Positions 37,167 through 47,655 of a DNA stretch of 55,189 nucleotides are shown here, in pieces. The notes below the pieces were generated by a model. The model was given only the letters and a program-made list of their open reading frames with translations. It ran no database searches and had not been told where the DNA came from. How positions within the stretch are numbered: position 1 is the first letter of the stretch; every line of letters begins with the position of its first letter. A program made the translations under genes and the position numbers. This stretch comes from a virus (lineage: Duplodnaviria > Caudoviricetes): the IMG/VR virus record IMGVR_UViG_3300048851_000215, positions 1 through 55,189 of that record; one strand, given 5' to 3'.

Positions 37167-39996
37167 GCAGGCCGTAGACAACCTCGCTCAGGCGGCAGAT
37201 GAATCGGCAGAGCAGTCGACACAGGCCGGCGGCGCTGTCGAGAACCTCGGCCGCCGGGCGCGGGGAGCGCGCGCCGGACTCGACGGCGCAAGCGAGTCCA
37301 CCCGGTCGCTGCGACAGGAAGTGACCGGGCTCTCCGAAGATGGGCAGAGGGCTGCCTCTAAGGTCGGCACCGCCGCCCTCGGTATCGGTGCCGCTATTGC
37401 GATCGTCGGCGGTCTCGCGGTCGCAAGCTACTCGCAGTTCGACGCGGCCATGTCGCGCACCGCTGCGGCCACCTCGGCTGCAGCGGATGAGCAGCGCGAG
37501 CTCTCCGAAGCGGCGATCGATGCGGGCGCGGACACCGTCTTCTCCGCAACGGAAGCGGCGGGTGCGCAGACGGAGCTCGCCAAGGCGGGCCTGTCGGTCA
37601 AGAACATCCTCACGGGCGGACTCACCGGCTCCCTGTCGCTCGCCGCGGCGGGTGAGCTCGACGTCGCCCGCGCCGCCGAGATCGCGGCGATCACCCTGAA
37701 GCAGTTCAACCTTGACGGCACCCAGACTGCCCGAGTCGCCGATACACTCTCCGCTGGTGCAGGTAAGGCTGTGGGGTCTGTCGATGACCTCGCCAACGGC
37801 CTCAAGTTCGTGGGTCCGATCGCGTCCGCGATGGGCATCTCGCTCGAAGAGACCGTCGGCGTGCTGGCGCTGTTCGCGGATCAGGGCATCATCGGCGAGC
37901 AGGCCGGCACCGCGTTCCGGGGCATGCTCGGATCGCTGACCTCCCCATCCAAGATCGCTCGAGACGAGATCTCTCGGCTCGGAATCACGCTCTACGACAA
38001 CCAGGGCAAGTTCCTGGGCATGGAGAATGCGGCAGCGCAGCTCCAAGGCGCCTACAAGGGGATGAGCGACCAGCAGCGAGACGCGTCGCTCGGTATCCTG
38101 TTCGGCAACGAGCAGATCACAGCGGCACGCATCCTTTACAAGGGCGGCGCCGAAGCGGTCAACGAGTACACCGGCGCTGTCACAGCTCAGGGCTTCGCTG
38201 CGCACCAGGCGTGGCAGCTCACCGACAACCTCATCGGCGACGTCGAGCGACTCGGTGGGGCCTTCGACTCGGCCCTCATCCAGACCGGTGAGGGCGCGAA
38301 TGGTGCCCTCCGCGAGATGGTTCAGATCCTCACCTCCCTCGTCGACTGGTACGGCGAACTGCCCGACAGCGTCCAGCAGGGAACGTTCCTGGTGGGTGCC
38401 TTCGCTGCAATCGTCGCAATCGCAGGCGGCGCGATGCTCGTCACGATCCCCAAGATCATCGAGTTCCGCGCCGCCATGTCCACGCTGGTTACTCAGATGC
38501 CGAAGACCACCATCGCGGTGGGTGCGGTCGCTGCAGCAGTCGCCGGCGCCGCGATCGTTTTCGGCATGTTCCTGGCACGCCAGGCCGATGTGAAGGCCGG
38601 CGCTCAGGAGCTAGCTTCGACCCTCGACGAGCAGACGGGCGCGTTCACTGCGAACACCCGCGCCACCGTCGCGAACCTGCTTGAGACGAAGGGTGCCTAC
38701 GGCAACGCGATGCGCGCCGCGGGCATCAGCCAGAAGGAGCTCACGGACGCGGTCATCGAGGGTGGTGACGCGCTCGATGCTGTGAAGAAGAAGCTGGGCG
38801 CGGAGAACACGATCGCATCCTTCTTCGACGGCACAGGCATCGCGGCGGGCAACGCCTCGCAGTCCATCGGAGAGGTCCGAGATTCGCTGGATCTCGCTCA
38901 GACCTCGCACGAGAACCTCAAGGCGGCGACCGAGGGCACCGCGGCCGCCACAGACGCGAACGCCGAGTCGACCTCGACCGCGGCTGATGCGTACATCGAG
39001 GCGGCCGGCGGGGCCGACGATCTGCTGAGCTCCCTGACGGATCTGATCAACATCATCAACGAGTCCAACGACGCGGGCCAGGACGCGATCTCGAAAAACA
39101 TCGACTACCGCAACTCGATGGATGAGCTCAACGCGGTAATTCAGGGCGCCCGGGAGGGCATCGACGCGAACAACGATGGTGTGGCTGACTACTCGCTCAC
39201 GCTCGACCAGAACACGCAGGCCGGTCGCGACAACATGCAAATGGTGCTCGACATGGCGGAGGCCGGGCGCGTGGCGGCCGAGGCGCAGTTCGCTCTCGAC
39301 GGCAACACCCAGCTGTACCGCGAATCGTTGGAGGCTTCCCGGCAGGCCGTCATCGATCGCGCCATGGACCTCGGCTACAACGCGGAGCAAGCAACGGCTC
39401 TCGCCGACAAGATCGCTCAGATCCCTTCAGAGACTGAGTGGCAGATCATCGCCGAGACTGCGGCAGCGTCCTCCGCAGCGGACGCGTTCATCGCGAAGTA
39501 CAACGGGGTCCAGATCACGGCCCAGCTGTTCCTCGAGACGTCTGGCGGCGACCGGGGCCTGGCCGCGTCTGCGGCGCGCTATACGGCGCAGGCGCAGGCG
39601 CAGCTCGCTCAGGCTGAGGGCGGGAAGGTCAACTTCTACGCCGATGGCGGGTACGAGAACCACGTCGCGCAGTTCGCGAAGGCGGGCACGACGCGCGTGT
39701 GGGCGGAACCGGAAACGGGTGGGGAGTACTACATCCCCGCGCACCCAGCAAAGCGGGGCCGTTCCACTCAAGTGCTGGCGGCTGCGGCGGCCGAGTTCGG
39801 TCTCGCTCTGGTGCCGGCGGGTGCGCAAGCGTTCGCTGACGGCGGCCGTGGCGGCGACGTCATCACGACGTCGAGCGGTGGCAACACCTACGCGCCGAGC
39901 GTGAGCGTCGTCGTCGACGGGCAACCAGACCCGTGGGAGATCGCTCGCGCTGCGGGCAAGGAAATCAGCAAGGCAATCGAGCGACAGGGGAACTGA
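37090..39996 (+). CDS. Tape measure protein
   Basis: 968 aa Ala-rich; FDAAMS, FSATEAA, AGTAFRGML; late VWAEPETGGEYYIP. Confidence 0.95.
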   Translation: MNTGRIVYQILMQGADLFRRDAAEAEQAVDNLAQAADESAEQSTQAGGAVENLGRRARGARAGLDGASESTRSLRQEVTGLSEDGQRAASKVGTAALGIGAAIAIVGGLAVASYSQFDAAMSRTAAATSAAADEQRELSEAAIDAGADTVFSATEAAGAQTELAKAGLSVKNILTGGLTGSLSLAAAGELDVARAAEIAAITLKQFNLDGTQTARVADTLSAGAGKAVGSVDDLANGLKFVGPIASAMGISLEETVGVLALFADQGIIGEQAGTAFRGMLGSLTSPSKIARDEISRLGITLYDNQGKFLGMENAAAQLQGAYKGMSDQQRDASLGILFGNEQITAARILYKGGAEAVNEYTGAVTAQGFAAHQAWQLTDNLIGDVERLGGAFDSALIQTGEGANGALREMVQILTSLVDWYGELPDSVQQGTFLVGAFAAIVAIAGGAMLVTIPKIIEFRAAMSTLVTQMPKTTIAVGAVAAAVAGAAIVFGMFLARQADVKAGAQELASTLDEQTGAFTANTRATVANLLETKGAYGNAMRAAGISQKELTDAVIEGGDALDAVKKKLGAENTIASFFDGTGIAAGNASQSIGEVRDSLDLAQTSHENLKAATEGTAAATDANAESTSTAADAYIEAAGGADDLLSSLTDLINIINESNDAGQDAISKNIDYRNSMDELNAVIQGAREGIDANNDGVADYSLTLDQNTQAGRDNMQMVLDMAEAGRVAAEAQFALDGNTQLYRESLEASRQAVIDRAMDLGYNAEQATALADKIAQIPSETEWQIIAETAAASSAADAFIAKYNGVQITAQLFLETSGGDRGLAASAARYTAQAQAQLAQAEGGKVNFYADGGYENHVAQFAKAGTTRVWAEPETGGEYYIPAHPAKRGRSTQVLAAAAAEFGLALVPAGAQAFADGGRGGDVITTSSGGNTYAPSVSVVVDGQPDPWEIARAAGKEISKAIERQGN

Positions 39997-40757
39997 TGCA
40001 GCCGGTCGTCGTCGACGTGAATCGCCAGCTGCGGGCCGTCTCGTGGCCGGCGTTCTCGCAGGGCTTCAACCTCGAGAAGCTGACCGGGTGGAAGCCGGGA
40101 AGCGTTGGCGTTCGTGCCGAGACGATCGAGGTTGAAGACGGGCACGGGGAGTACGACCTCCCCGTGTTCCGCGGCCGGCGCACGATCGAGCTCAGCGGGT
40201 ACGTGGTCGCCGAATCGGACAGGCAACTGAACCGATTCGGCGACCAGCTCGCCTCGGTGCTCGCTGATGGTGGGCGCGGCCCGGTGGTCGTCACCGAACA
40301 GGGTGAACAGCGTTGGGCGAGGGCGCGCCTGCACGGCACACCCAAGTTCGAAACGACATTCCGCAACCGTGCCGACTTCGAACTCGAGCTGCGGTGCCCC
40401 GACCCCCGCATCTTTGGCCACAAAGAGTCCATTGCGGGCTACGCCGTGGAGATCGTCAACTGGGGCACATTCCCCAGCTCCCCCACCATCCAGGTCAGCG
40501 GAAGCGGCTCGAACGACTACGCCGTCTATGGCCCCGAGGGGCGCAAGTGGCTGGTGTCCCGGGACCTCGTCGCCGGCCACCCACACACGCTCGACATCGA
40601 GAGCGGCGACCTCATCATCGACGGGCAACTCATCCTCGACGGCCTCGTCGAGGCAGAGCCATTCGCCTGCCCGCCCGGCCAGGGAACCTCCATCAGCTTC
40701 GACCCGAACGGAAACGACGCCATGATGACCGTTACGAACTACTCGGCGTACATCTGA
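39996..40757 (+). CDS. Distal tail protein (Dit-like)
   Basis: Follows tape measure; LRCPDPRIFG, N.GTFPSSP. Confidence 0.75.
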   Translation: MQPVVVDVNRQLRAVSWPAFSQGFNLEKLTGWKPGSVGVRAETIEVEDGHGEYDLPVFRGRRTIELSGYVVAESDRQLNRFGDQLASVLADGGRGPVVVTEQGEQRWARARLHGTPKFETTFRNRADFELELRCPDPRIFGHKESIAGYAVEIVNWGTFPSSPTIQVSGSGSNDYAVYGPEGRKWLVSRDLVAGHPHTLDIESGDLIIDGQLILDGLVEAEPFACPPGQGTSISFDPNGNDAMMTVTNYSAYI

Positions 40758-41833
40758 TGTGGTCGTGGTGGATCGTCGCTGCCTCAGACGGGCACAAGAG
40801 GCGACGCCTCCGCGCTCTCAATGACTCCTCGACTCATCGCCTCAACGAGGCCGGGTCGGGGCGGCACTCGTTCCTCCTCCGGTGGCAGAGGGGCACGCGC
40901 GAGCAGAACCAAGATCTGTTCGCCGAGTGGCGCAACATCGTCGTGAAATGCTGGAACGGCGTACCGAAGTACGCCGGCTTCATCACGGACTGGGAGTGGG
41001 ACTCTGACCGTGGCGTGATCGACGTCAAGACCGTCGAGTTCCGCGCCATCCTCCGTCGCCGGCTCCTGTTCCCTGTCGGAGGTTACGGCTTCGGCACCCT
41101 CACGTGCGTCGGGCAATCCCGCCGCGGTCTCATGTACCAGATCCTCTACCGCTCGACGAAGGGCAACTACTCGCAGGTCTGGGATCTGCTGAACGTCCTG
41201 CCCGCGACCAGCGAGCCAGGCGGCCTCAGCCTGGAGATCCCCAACTACAAGTTCATGACGGCCGAGCAGGCGCTCTCTGACCAGCAGAACGTCGGCGGCG
41301 ATGTCGACTTCGAACCGCGCTGGAATGCGGAGGGCAAGCTCGAACTGCTCACGCGCATCGCGCCCGACCATTCCCCGCGCCTGGACGGGGCGCCCGTCAC
41401 GCTCAACAAGGCGGCCCTACGACCATCGGCTCTCGGTCTGAAGCTGGCCAGCTCTGGCACCAAGATGCGCACCGGCACCTTCGCCCTGGGTGACGGCGCC
41501 GAGCAGAACCGGCCGTGGGGGGACGATGCGACTGTCGCCCAGTCTGGAGGAATCCCCTCGCTCGACATTGCCGAATCGTTCGGCCGCATCGAGGACATAG
41601 GCGAGCTAGAGGATCAGGCTCGCGCGGCTGTCAATTCCAACAAGGCGCCGATCAAGCAGTTCGAGGTGAGCGGCTTCGCCTCGCGCGTCATGCCGGCTCT
41701 GCAGATGGGGTCCCCCATCCGCGTCTACACGCAGGGCGACGAGATGATCGACCCCGGCTGGATCAACCTCCGCTGCATGGGCGTGACACACACCACGAAG
41801 CACAAAGTGAATCTGGAAGTGCAGGTGGCCTGA
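40757..41833 (+). CDS. Minor tail/baseplate hub protein
   Basis: Synteny; TGATG coupling. Confidence 0.7.
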   Translation: MWSWWIVAASDGHKRRRLRALNDSSTHRLNEAGSGRHSFLLRWQRGTREQNQDLFAEWRNIVVKCWNGVPKYAGFITDWEWDSDRGVIDVKTVEFRAILRRRLLFPVGGYGFGTLTCVGQSRRGLMYQILYRSTKGNYSQVWDLLNVLPATSEPGGLSLEIPNYKFMTAEQALSDQQNVGGDVDFEPRWNAEGKLELLTRIAPDHSPRLDGAPVTLNKAALRPSALGLKLASSGTKMRTGTFALGDGAEQNRPWGDDATVAQSGGIPSLDIAESFGRIEDIGELEDQARAAVNSNKAPIKQFEVSGFASRVMPALQMGSPIRVYTQGDEMIDPGWINLRCMGVTHTTKHKVNLEVQVA

Positions 41834-42505
41834 GTGACCCGGACTCGCAATCTGAACTCGTACGACCCGATGCAAGAGCTCTTCGACCGGGTGGCGGCGC
41901 TCGAACGGAACGCTCCCACCCGCAACTCGTCAGTCACCGAAGGCCTGTTCCAGTTCTACGGCGGCAAGCTGCTAGGAATGGCTGGCGCTGTCTTCGAGTG
42001 GATCGGATCGTTCGATCTCACTGGGCCCTTCCGCAGCAAGGGGTCGAGCACCTTCGAGGGGCCCGTATCGATCACCGGAACGCTCGACGTCTCAGCAGAG
42101 ACGACTCTCCGCGCCCTCGTTACTCTCCTGAATGACCTGCAGGTGAGGGGCGGTGCGGGGAAGATCACGCTCGAGGGCGGCATCAGCATGGTGCTGGAGA
42201 ATGGCACCGCGACCTTCGCCAATGGGGCGCAGCTGCGAGGCAGCTCCGGAGGTGCCACACTCGACGGTGGCGCCGGCGCGAGGATGCAGATTTCGCTCGG
42301 CAACGCTGCCCTGATCTCCGGAGACAACTCGGTCTCCGTCGAAGGCACCGGAACCACAATCCAGGGGCCTTCGGTGCTGGTGGGTGATGCCGTGTTCCGA
42401 GACGATCTCTACGCCCCGAACCTGCCCACGGCACCTATCGCAGGAGTGCCGAGCGGCGCGCTCGTGCAGGACGCGGGCAGCGGGCGGATCTACGTCGCGC
42501 TCTAG
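41834..42505 (+). CDS. Minor tail protein
   Basis: Short coiled coil then Gly-rich beta region. Confidence 0.65.
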   Translation: MTRTRNLNSYDPMQELFDRVAALERNAPTRNSSVTEGLFQFYGGKLLGMAGAVFEWIGSFDLTGPFRSKGSSTFEGPVSITGTLDVSAETTLRALVTLLNDLQVRGGAGKITLEGGISMVLENGTATFANGAQLRGSSGGATLDGGAGARMQISLGNAALISGDNSVSVEGTGTTIQGPSVLVGDAVFRDDLYAPNLPTAPIAGVPSGALVQDAGSGRIYVAL

Positions 42506-42918
42506 AAGAAGTCTGGGCAGTAAGCCTGGGTAGCGGCTTGGATGACGCGGTCGTTGTTATGGGCGTCGCCCTCCACGGCGACGACCGCGTCTTTCGCCGT
42601 GCCGGCCGTCAGCTGCTCGCACACGAGCTTGCCGGCACCGATGAGCGCCTCATCGTCGGGTCGAGCGTCACCCTGCCAGTAGCGATCCATGTTCGCGATG
42701 AAGAACTCATCGGGCGTGTAGTCGCCCATCCCGAAGCCGCCCTCCTCGGGAGGCGCTTCGGGAGTCGAGGTCACGGGCGCAGGCGTGACCTCGGTCGGCG
42801 CAGAAGTAGCAGCCACGGTGGCCGGCGCTTCTTCCACCTGCGCGGAGCTGCCGTCTGAGCAACCGGCCGCGCCGATCGCGATCAGCGCAGCGAAAGCGAT
42901 TGCGGCGAACTTCTTCAC
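42502..42918 (-). CDS. Lipoprotein (DUF732-like)
   Basis: Signal peptide with AAGC lipobox, Pro/Thr linker, GKLVC...AYCP. Confidence 0.8.
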   Translation of the reverse strand: MKKFAAIAFAALIAIGAAGCSDGSSAQVEEAPATVAATSAPTEVTPAPVTSTPEAPPEEGGFGMGDYTPDEFFIANMDRYWQGDARPDDEALIGAGKLVCEQLTAGTAKDAVVAVEGDAHNNDRVIQAATQAYCPDFF

Positions 42919-43076
42919 TTCTTCCCCTGTTCCTTGTCCGCGTACTCGCGGAGATGCTCAACCACCACGTCGGTCAGCGTCTTTCCCTCGGATGCCGCCT
43001 TCGCTGCTGCTCGCTCTTTCAGCTCTGCGGGGATGCGGAAGTTCGATACCGGGGTCTTCGGCTGGTTCGGTGCCAT
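42915..43076 (-). CDS. Ribbon-helix-helix (Arc-like) regulator, 53 aa
   Basis: Hand-translated MAPNQPKTPVSNFRIPAELKERAAAKAASEGKTLTDVVVEHLREY; not in ORF track. Confidence 0.75.
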   Translation of the reverse strand: MAPNQPKTPVSNFRIPAELKERAAAKAASEGKTLTDVVVEHLREYADKEQGKK

Positions 43077-43137
43077 GTCGAAACCCTAGCCACTTCACCC
43101 CTCGGGTGTAAAGACATTTTCGCACATTGGAGGTGCC

Positions 43138-43578
43138 GTGGTTTCGTCCATCACGATCAGCGGGAACGTCAGCGACTTCGGTCTGCAACCGCTTGCCGGG
43201 CTCTCGCTACGTCTTGAGTTCTGGCCGTCCAGCGCAGCTGGCGGAAGCGGCAACCAGCTCCTCGCGACCGAGCCCGGGCGCGTCACCCCAGACTCCTCGG
43301 GCGACTTCTCTGTCCCGCTGGCGATCACCGAGGGTCTTACTCCCGACGCATGGTACGAGCTCGTCATTGTCTGGCTGAATCCCGACGGCGGGTTGCACCG
43401 TCAGGACGAGTACCCCGGGAAGCTCCGCATCCCCATCGTCGGCGGCTCTCTCAGCTCCATACTTGCCGCTTCACGAGCGAGTGGCTACGTCGCTGTGACC
43501 ACCGATACGCCGTCCGTCCCCGCGCCGTACTGGCTCGATCCCGTGTCCGGGACCCTCTACCAGCTGATCGGAGAATGA
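43138..43578 (+). CDS. Probable minor tail protein
   Basis: GGAGG RBS; beta-rich; tail context. Confidence 0.55.
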   Translation: MVSSITISGNVSDFGLQPLAGLSLRLEFWPSSAAGGSGNQLLATEPGRVTPDSSGDFSVPLAITEGLTPDAWYELVIVWLNPDGGLHRQDEYPGKLRIPIVGGSLSSILAASRASGYVAVTTDTPSVPAPYWLDPVSGTLYQLIGE

Positions 43579-43579
43579 C

Positions 43580-44614
43580 GTGTCGGTGAAATACCTCCCC
43601 ATCGCAAATCTCAGGGGTGATAAGGGCGACCGGGGCGACCCGGGGCCCGCGGGCCCCGCGAGCGCCGACGGTCTGCTGACCGATGACGCGATCGCGGCGA
43701 ACATGAAGAACCGCGAGACGAAGACCAGCACCGAGACATCGGCGCTGGTCGAGGAGATCGTGGCCGCTCTCGTTCCCATCGAGGTGTGGATCAAGGCTGG
43801 CGGCAACATCGCGACCGCTCGACCCGACACCCCCGCTCCCGTCAAATGGTTCTCCGCTGTCGGGTACCCGACCTACCTGGATGCGAGCCGCGGGGATGTC
43901 TACTACGCCATCTCACTCGACCCGCTCTCGTTCTCGCCGCCGCACCGCAAGGGCCTCTTCGGGTGGCTCGACCCTCGCAAGACGGGATTCGCCGCCGGGG
44001 CCTCCATGCCGACGTACCCGGAGCAGGGCCCGCAGAAGCTGACGCTCACCCAGTGGGCAATCAGTGGCAGCGGTGCGACGCAGACACCCGCGCTGGCTAC
44101 CATGAACGGCACCCCGGCAGTCAACTACCTCTCGCGGTCCGGCCACAGCGTGGCCGTGAGTGTCTCGTCGCCGGCATGTGTGGTCCTCGGTATGAACTTC
44201 CAGTTCACCGGCGCGCAACCCGGCACGCTGAACCAGCACGCGAACTCGATGGGCGACGAGGGTAAGTACTCGATCCAGCGCACCCCTTCGGGGACGTGGG
44301 CCGCGTCGATCGATGGCAACACCAACTACAACTTCGGCTCCAGCGACAACAACCCGCACAGCGCGGTGCTCGTCGCGACGAAGTCGAAGCTGCAGGTCTG
44401 GCTCGAGGGCAACCTGGCTCTTGACCAGGATGTCGCTTTCCAGACCCTCCCAATTCCATCGATCTTCCGCTTCGGATACGTCGGCACCGTCCTCGGTCTC
44501 GCCATGGGTGGCGGCATGATCGGCGACGCGTACGCCTACGCGCCGCCGGCAGCCCCCGCCAACTCCGACATCAGCATCGACTCGCAGTGGCTGAAAGCTC
44601 GACGGGGGGTCTGA
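43580..44614 (+). CDS. Tail/receptor-binding protein with collagen-like stretch and LamG-like domain
   Basis: GDKGDRGDPGPAGP; PHSAVLV...LQVWLEG. Confidence 0.6.
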   Translation: MSVKYLPIANLRGDKGDRGDPGPAGPASADGLLTDDAIAANMKNRETKTSTETSALVEEIVAALVPIEVWIKAGGNIATARPDTPAPVKWFSAVGYPTYLDASRGDVYYAISLDPLSFSPPHRKGLFGWLDPRKTGFAAGASMPTYPEQGPQKLTLTQWAISGSGATQTPALATMNGTPAVNYLSRSGHSVAVSVSSPACVVLGMNFQFTGAQPGTLNQHANSMGDEGKYSIQRTPSGTWAASIDGNTNYNFGSSDNNPHSAVLVATKSKLQVWLEGNLALDQDVAFQTLPIPSIFRFGYVGTVLGLAMGGGMIGDAYAYAPPAAPANSDISIDSQWLKARRGV

Positions 44615-45618
44615 TGGCTACCGCAGTGCAAACCGGCACGACGCCTGCGGGTACCGCGTACACGGTCTACGAGCAGACCAACGGCGTCGACATCGTTCAG
44701 TGGGCGGTCGCGGACAGCGAGAAGAACAAGTCCGGTCTTCACGCTGTGATGTACCTGCATGGTTCCGGCGGCGACTACAACTCGTTCCTCACCATCAACG
44801 TGTTCGCGGCGCTACGGAACGGCATCATCGACAACAAGGGTGTCTGGGCGCAGGCGCGGGGATCGAAGACCAGCGTCGTGTTCGGTAAGGATCACTGGAA
44901 CCGCGACTTCGCCAAGGTCGCGTACTCCGAGGCGGCTCAGATCGTTGCAGCGAACCTCGACGTCGTTGACTGGATTCCCCTCGGCCGCTCCATGGGCGGC
45001 CTGACGGGTAAGTACCTCGCGGTCATGGACCCGTACGTCGCACCGCGGACGCTCGGCTACGTCGACATGTCGGGCATCTACTCGATCATCGACGAGTTCA
45101 ACGGCCGCCTCACACCTGGCCAGACCGGCTTCGTGAAGGGCAACCACTTCGACTTCACCGGCCGGTACAACACCCCCGACCCGCCCGGCTGGGATGACGG
45201 AGACTCGGACACCTGGGTGCACCCGGATAAGACGTCTGCCGCGTTCCTGGCATCACGCCAGGCGCTGTCCGATGCGACACCGACGAACGACCCGAAGCGA
45301 TACCCGCAGTCGGCGTGGGCAGGCAAGCAGGTGCTCGTCGTCTACGGCACCTCTGACCCAATCGCAGTGCCGCCGATCACGGCTCTGTCTTTCTGGGACG
45401 ACATCAAGGGTGTGGTGGGCGACAGCTCGAAACTCGTCCCAGTGCCCGGCGCGACCCACTCTCAGGTGGGCGGCACGTTCGATGCGCCGGCCGTGCTCGA
45501 GTTCATGCTGCTCCTCTGGGGCATCGTCACGCCCACGTTCGAGCTCGCGTACAAGATCGACGCCATCTACCTGCCCCGCCCGGACGGCCTCCACCTGATC
45601 ACACCCGTACCGGTGTGA
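44614..45618 (+). CDS. Alpha/beta hydrolase (esterase)
   Basis: YLHGSGG, GRSMGG, YGTSD, GATH. Confidence 0.85.
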   Translation: MATAVQTGTTPAGTAYTVYEQTNGVDIVQWAVADSEKNKSGLHAVMYLHGSGGDYNSFLTINVFAALRNGIIDNKGVWAQARGSKTSVVFGKDHWNRDFAKVAYSEAAQIVAANLDVVDWIPLGRSMGGLTGKYLAVMDPYVAPRTLGYVDMSGIYSIIDEFNGRLTPGQTGFVKGNHFDFTGRYNTPDPPGWDDGDSDTWVHPDKTSAAFLASRQALSDATPTNDPKRYPQSAWAGKQVLVVYGTSDPIAVPPITALSFWDDIKGVVGDSSKLVPVPGATHSQVGGTFDAPAVLEFMLLLWGIVTPTFELAYKIDAIYLPRPDGLHLITPVPV

Positions 45619-45655
45619 ACCCACCTGCACCCCCCCCAACTCCGAAGGGCACGCC

Positions 45656-45967
45656 ATGAAGCTCAGCATCCCCGAACCCGGCCACCGCATCACCCTGCCC
45701 CACGATCCCGCGCTCAACGGCACCGACGACGGATTTCAGCAGGGCCAGACGCAGAACCAGCAGATCATCTCGTTCGCGCGCGAGGTCGGAGGCACCCGCC
45801 GTCACGTCTCGATCGAGGTGCTCTACACGACCCTCGACGGCCGTCCGATCAGCACCGAGGCCGACTACGACGCGGTGCTCGTCGACACCACGAAGGGCCG
45901 CATCCTCAACACCCTGCCGCCCTACGCGGAGATCGATCCCGAGTGGGAGGCGAAGCGCAATGGATGA
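45656..45967 (+). CDS. Hypothetical protein
   Basis: High GC3; overlaps endolysin start. Confidence 0.6.
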   Translation: MKLSIPEPGHRITLPHDPALNGTDDGFQQGQTQNQQIISFAREVGGTRRHVSIEVLYTTLDGRPISTEADYDAVLVDTTKGRILNTLPPYAEIDPEWEAKRNG

Positions 45968-46883
45968 GACACCGCTCTGGCCAATCAGTCCACTCCGATC
46001 GACCGACGAGTTCGGCTGGCGGAAGCACCCCATCTACGGCGACCAGCGGCTGCACCGAGGCATCGACCTCTACGCCCGCGGCGGGCAGCCGGTCTGGGCG
46101 ATCATGCGCGGTTCGGTTAGTTGGGCCGGCTACAACGGTGGAGAGGGCAACTCGGTCCACGTCGACCACGACGATGGCTCCCGCTCGAAGTACTTCCACG
46201 GCTCGGAGATCGGCGTCGCTCGCAGCCAGTCGGTGAACCGCGGCCAGATGGTGATCCTCGCAGGCACCACCGGCGCCTCCACTGGAGTGCACCTCCACTT
46301 CGAGACCCACACCTCGCGGGCCGATTCCCCCGTCAACCCGCGCGACTATATGGCCGCGCGCGGAGCGCCCTTCGGTACCACCACCGCTGGCGGCAACGCC
46401 ACCCCCATCGAGACGCCTGAGCAGGCCGACGAGAGAGAGATCAACATGACGACCGAACAGATCCTTCGAGGCCAGCGTGACTGGGCCTCGTTCCTCCAGA
46501 GCAACGTTGTCGGGCGCCTCGACAGCCAGGTGCTCCCGCTCCTGCGTCTCATCGCACAGCGCACGCTCGAGGCCGGGGAGGACCTCGACACCCTGATCGA
46601 GGCAGCCAAGGTGCCGTTCTTCCAGGTGAAGCCGAACGGCGTCGGCGCGGCGATCGACGAACGCGAGGGCTTCGTGAAGGTCTACGGCTCCTACCAGGAG
46701 TGGCAGAACGACGTCCGCATGGGCCTCGTCTCCGGCAAGGTCAACCTCGTCGACCGGGCCGACTTCGACAAGCGGATTGCCAACGCCGTGGAGAACCGCA
46801 AGAAGCAGATGGCGGCCGTGGCCGCCGCGTACGAGGCCGAGGGCGTCGACATGGGTGAGCTCAAAGCGGAGGTGCTGTCGTGA
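45960..46883 (+). CDS. Endolysin, M23 peptidase
   Basis: FGWRKHP, HRGID, YFH, STGVHLHFE; precedes holin. Confidence 0.9.
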   Translation: MDETPLWPISPLRSTDEFGWRKHPIYGDQRLHRGIDLYARGGQPVWAIMRGSVSWAGYNGGEGNSVHVDHDDGSRSKYFHGSEIGVARSQSVNRGQMVILAGTTGASTGVHLHFETHTSRADSPVNPRDYMAARGAPFGTTTAGGNATPIETPEQADEREINMTTEQILRGQRDWASFLQSNVVGRLDSQVLPLLRLIAQRTLEAGEDLDTLIEAAKVPFFQVKPNGVGAAIDEREGFVKVYGSYQEWQNDVRMGLVSGKVNLVDRADFDKRIANAVENRKKQMAAVAAAYEAEGVDMGELKAEVLS

Positions 46884-47230
46884 TCGAGGTCACCTGGGAC
46901 AGCCAGACTGTCATCTTCCTGCTGCAGCTCACGGTCGCAGTGTTCCTGCCTCTGCTCGTGGGAATCGTCACGACTCGGGTCACCAGCCCGGCGCGGAAGG
47001 CTGTGCTCCTTGCAGGCCTGACCTTCCTCACCTCGCTCGTCGCCGCCATCGCAGAAGCACTGGTCTCCGGGACAGCGCTGAACCTCGTGATGTTGCTCCT
47101 TGGCCTGTTCGCAAACTTCGTCATCGCGGTCGCCACCTACTTCGGCGTCTGGTCGCGGCCCACCTCCTCGGGTGAGTCGCTGACGACGAAGCTGCAGACC
47201 AGCGTCGGCCGGCGCGCGAAGCACCTGTAG
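46880..47230 (+). CDS. Holin
   Basis: Three TM segments, LPLLVGIVT; coupled to endolysin. Confidence 0.8.
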   Translation: MIEVTWDSQTVIFLLQLTVAVFLPLLVGIVTTRVTSPARKAVLLAGLTFLTSLVAAIAEALVSGTALNLVMLLLGLFANFVIAVATYFGVWSRPTSSGESLTTKLQTSVGRRAKHL

Positions 47231-47238
47231 GAGTCACG

Positions 47239-47655
47239 ATGCGATCACGAGTGCGGAACTGGGCTTGGACGCCGATCTACGTGCCCCGGTGGGCGTTCGT
47301 GATCAAGTACCTTCTGTTCGTCTACTGGGGTTTCTGGGCCATTCTGGCCGGCATCCCGGCGTTCGACATGACGGCACCCCACGGGTGGTCCGTCATCTGG
47401 GGCTCGCTGATGGTGGTGGCCGGCGCCGTGTCGGCCGCCTCGGTGACGAGAGCCCGCGGAGAACGGATCGAACGCTGGTCCGTGGGCGTGCTGTGCGTCC
47501 TCTCGATCGGCTACATCGGATCGATCAACGTGCTGGCCTTCGTGTCTGCTCTCCCGAACTATCAGGCCCTGGCGGCAGGGATCAGCCTCGTCTTCGTGCT
47601 GCCCCTCGCCCGGTTCCTTTACCTGGCCGCGCAGGCTGGAAAGAAGAAGAGCTAG
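47239..47655 (+). CDS. Four-TM membrane protein (lysis cassette)
   Basis: Four hydrophobic segments. Confidence 0.7.
   Translation: MRSRVRNWAWTPIYVPRWAFVIKYLLFVYWGFWAILAGIPAFDMTAPHGWSVIWGSLMVVAGAVSAASVTRARGERIERWSVGVLCVLSIGYIGSINVLAFVSALPNYQALAAGISLVFVLPLARFLYLAAQAGKKKS

Noticed and set aside
38203-38214. CAC-CAGGC-GTG in tape measure gene (and similar CCAGGCG hits in coding DNA)
   Set aside because: Stem of 3 bp or less inside coding sequence; compatible with chance
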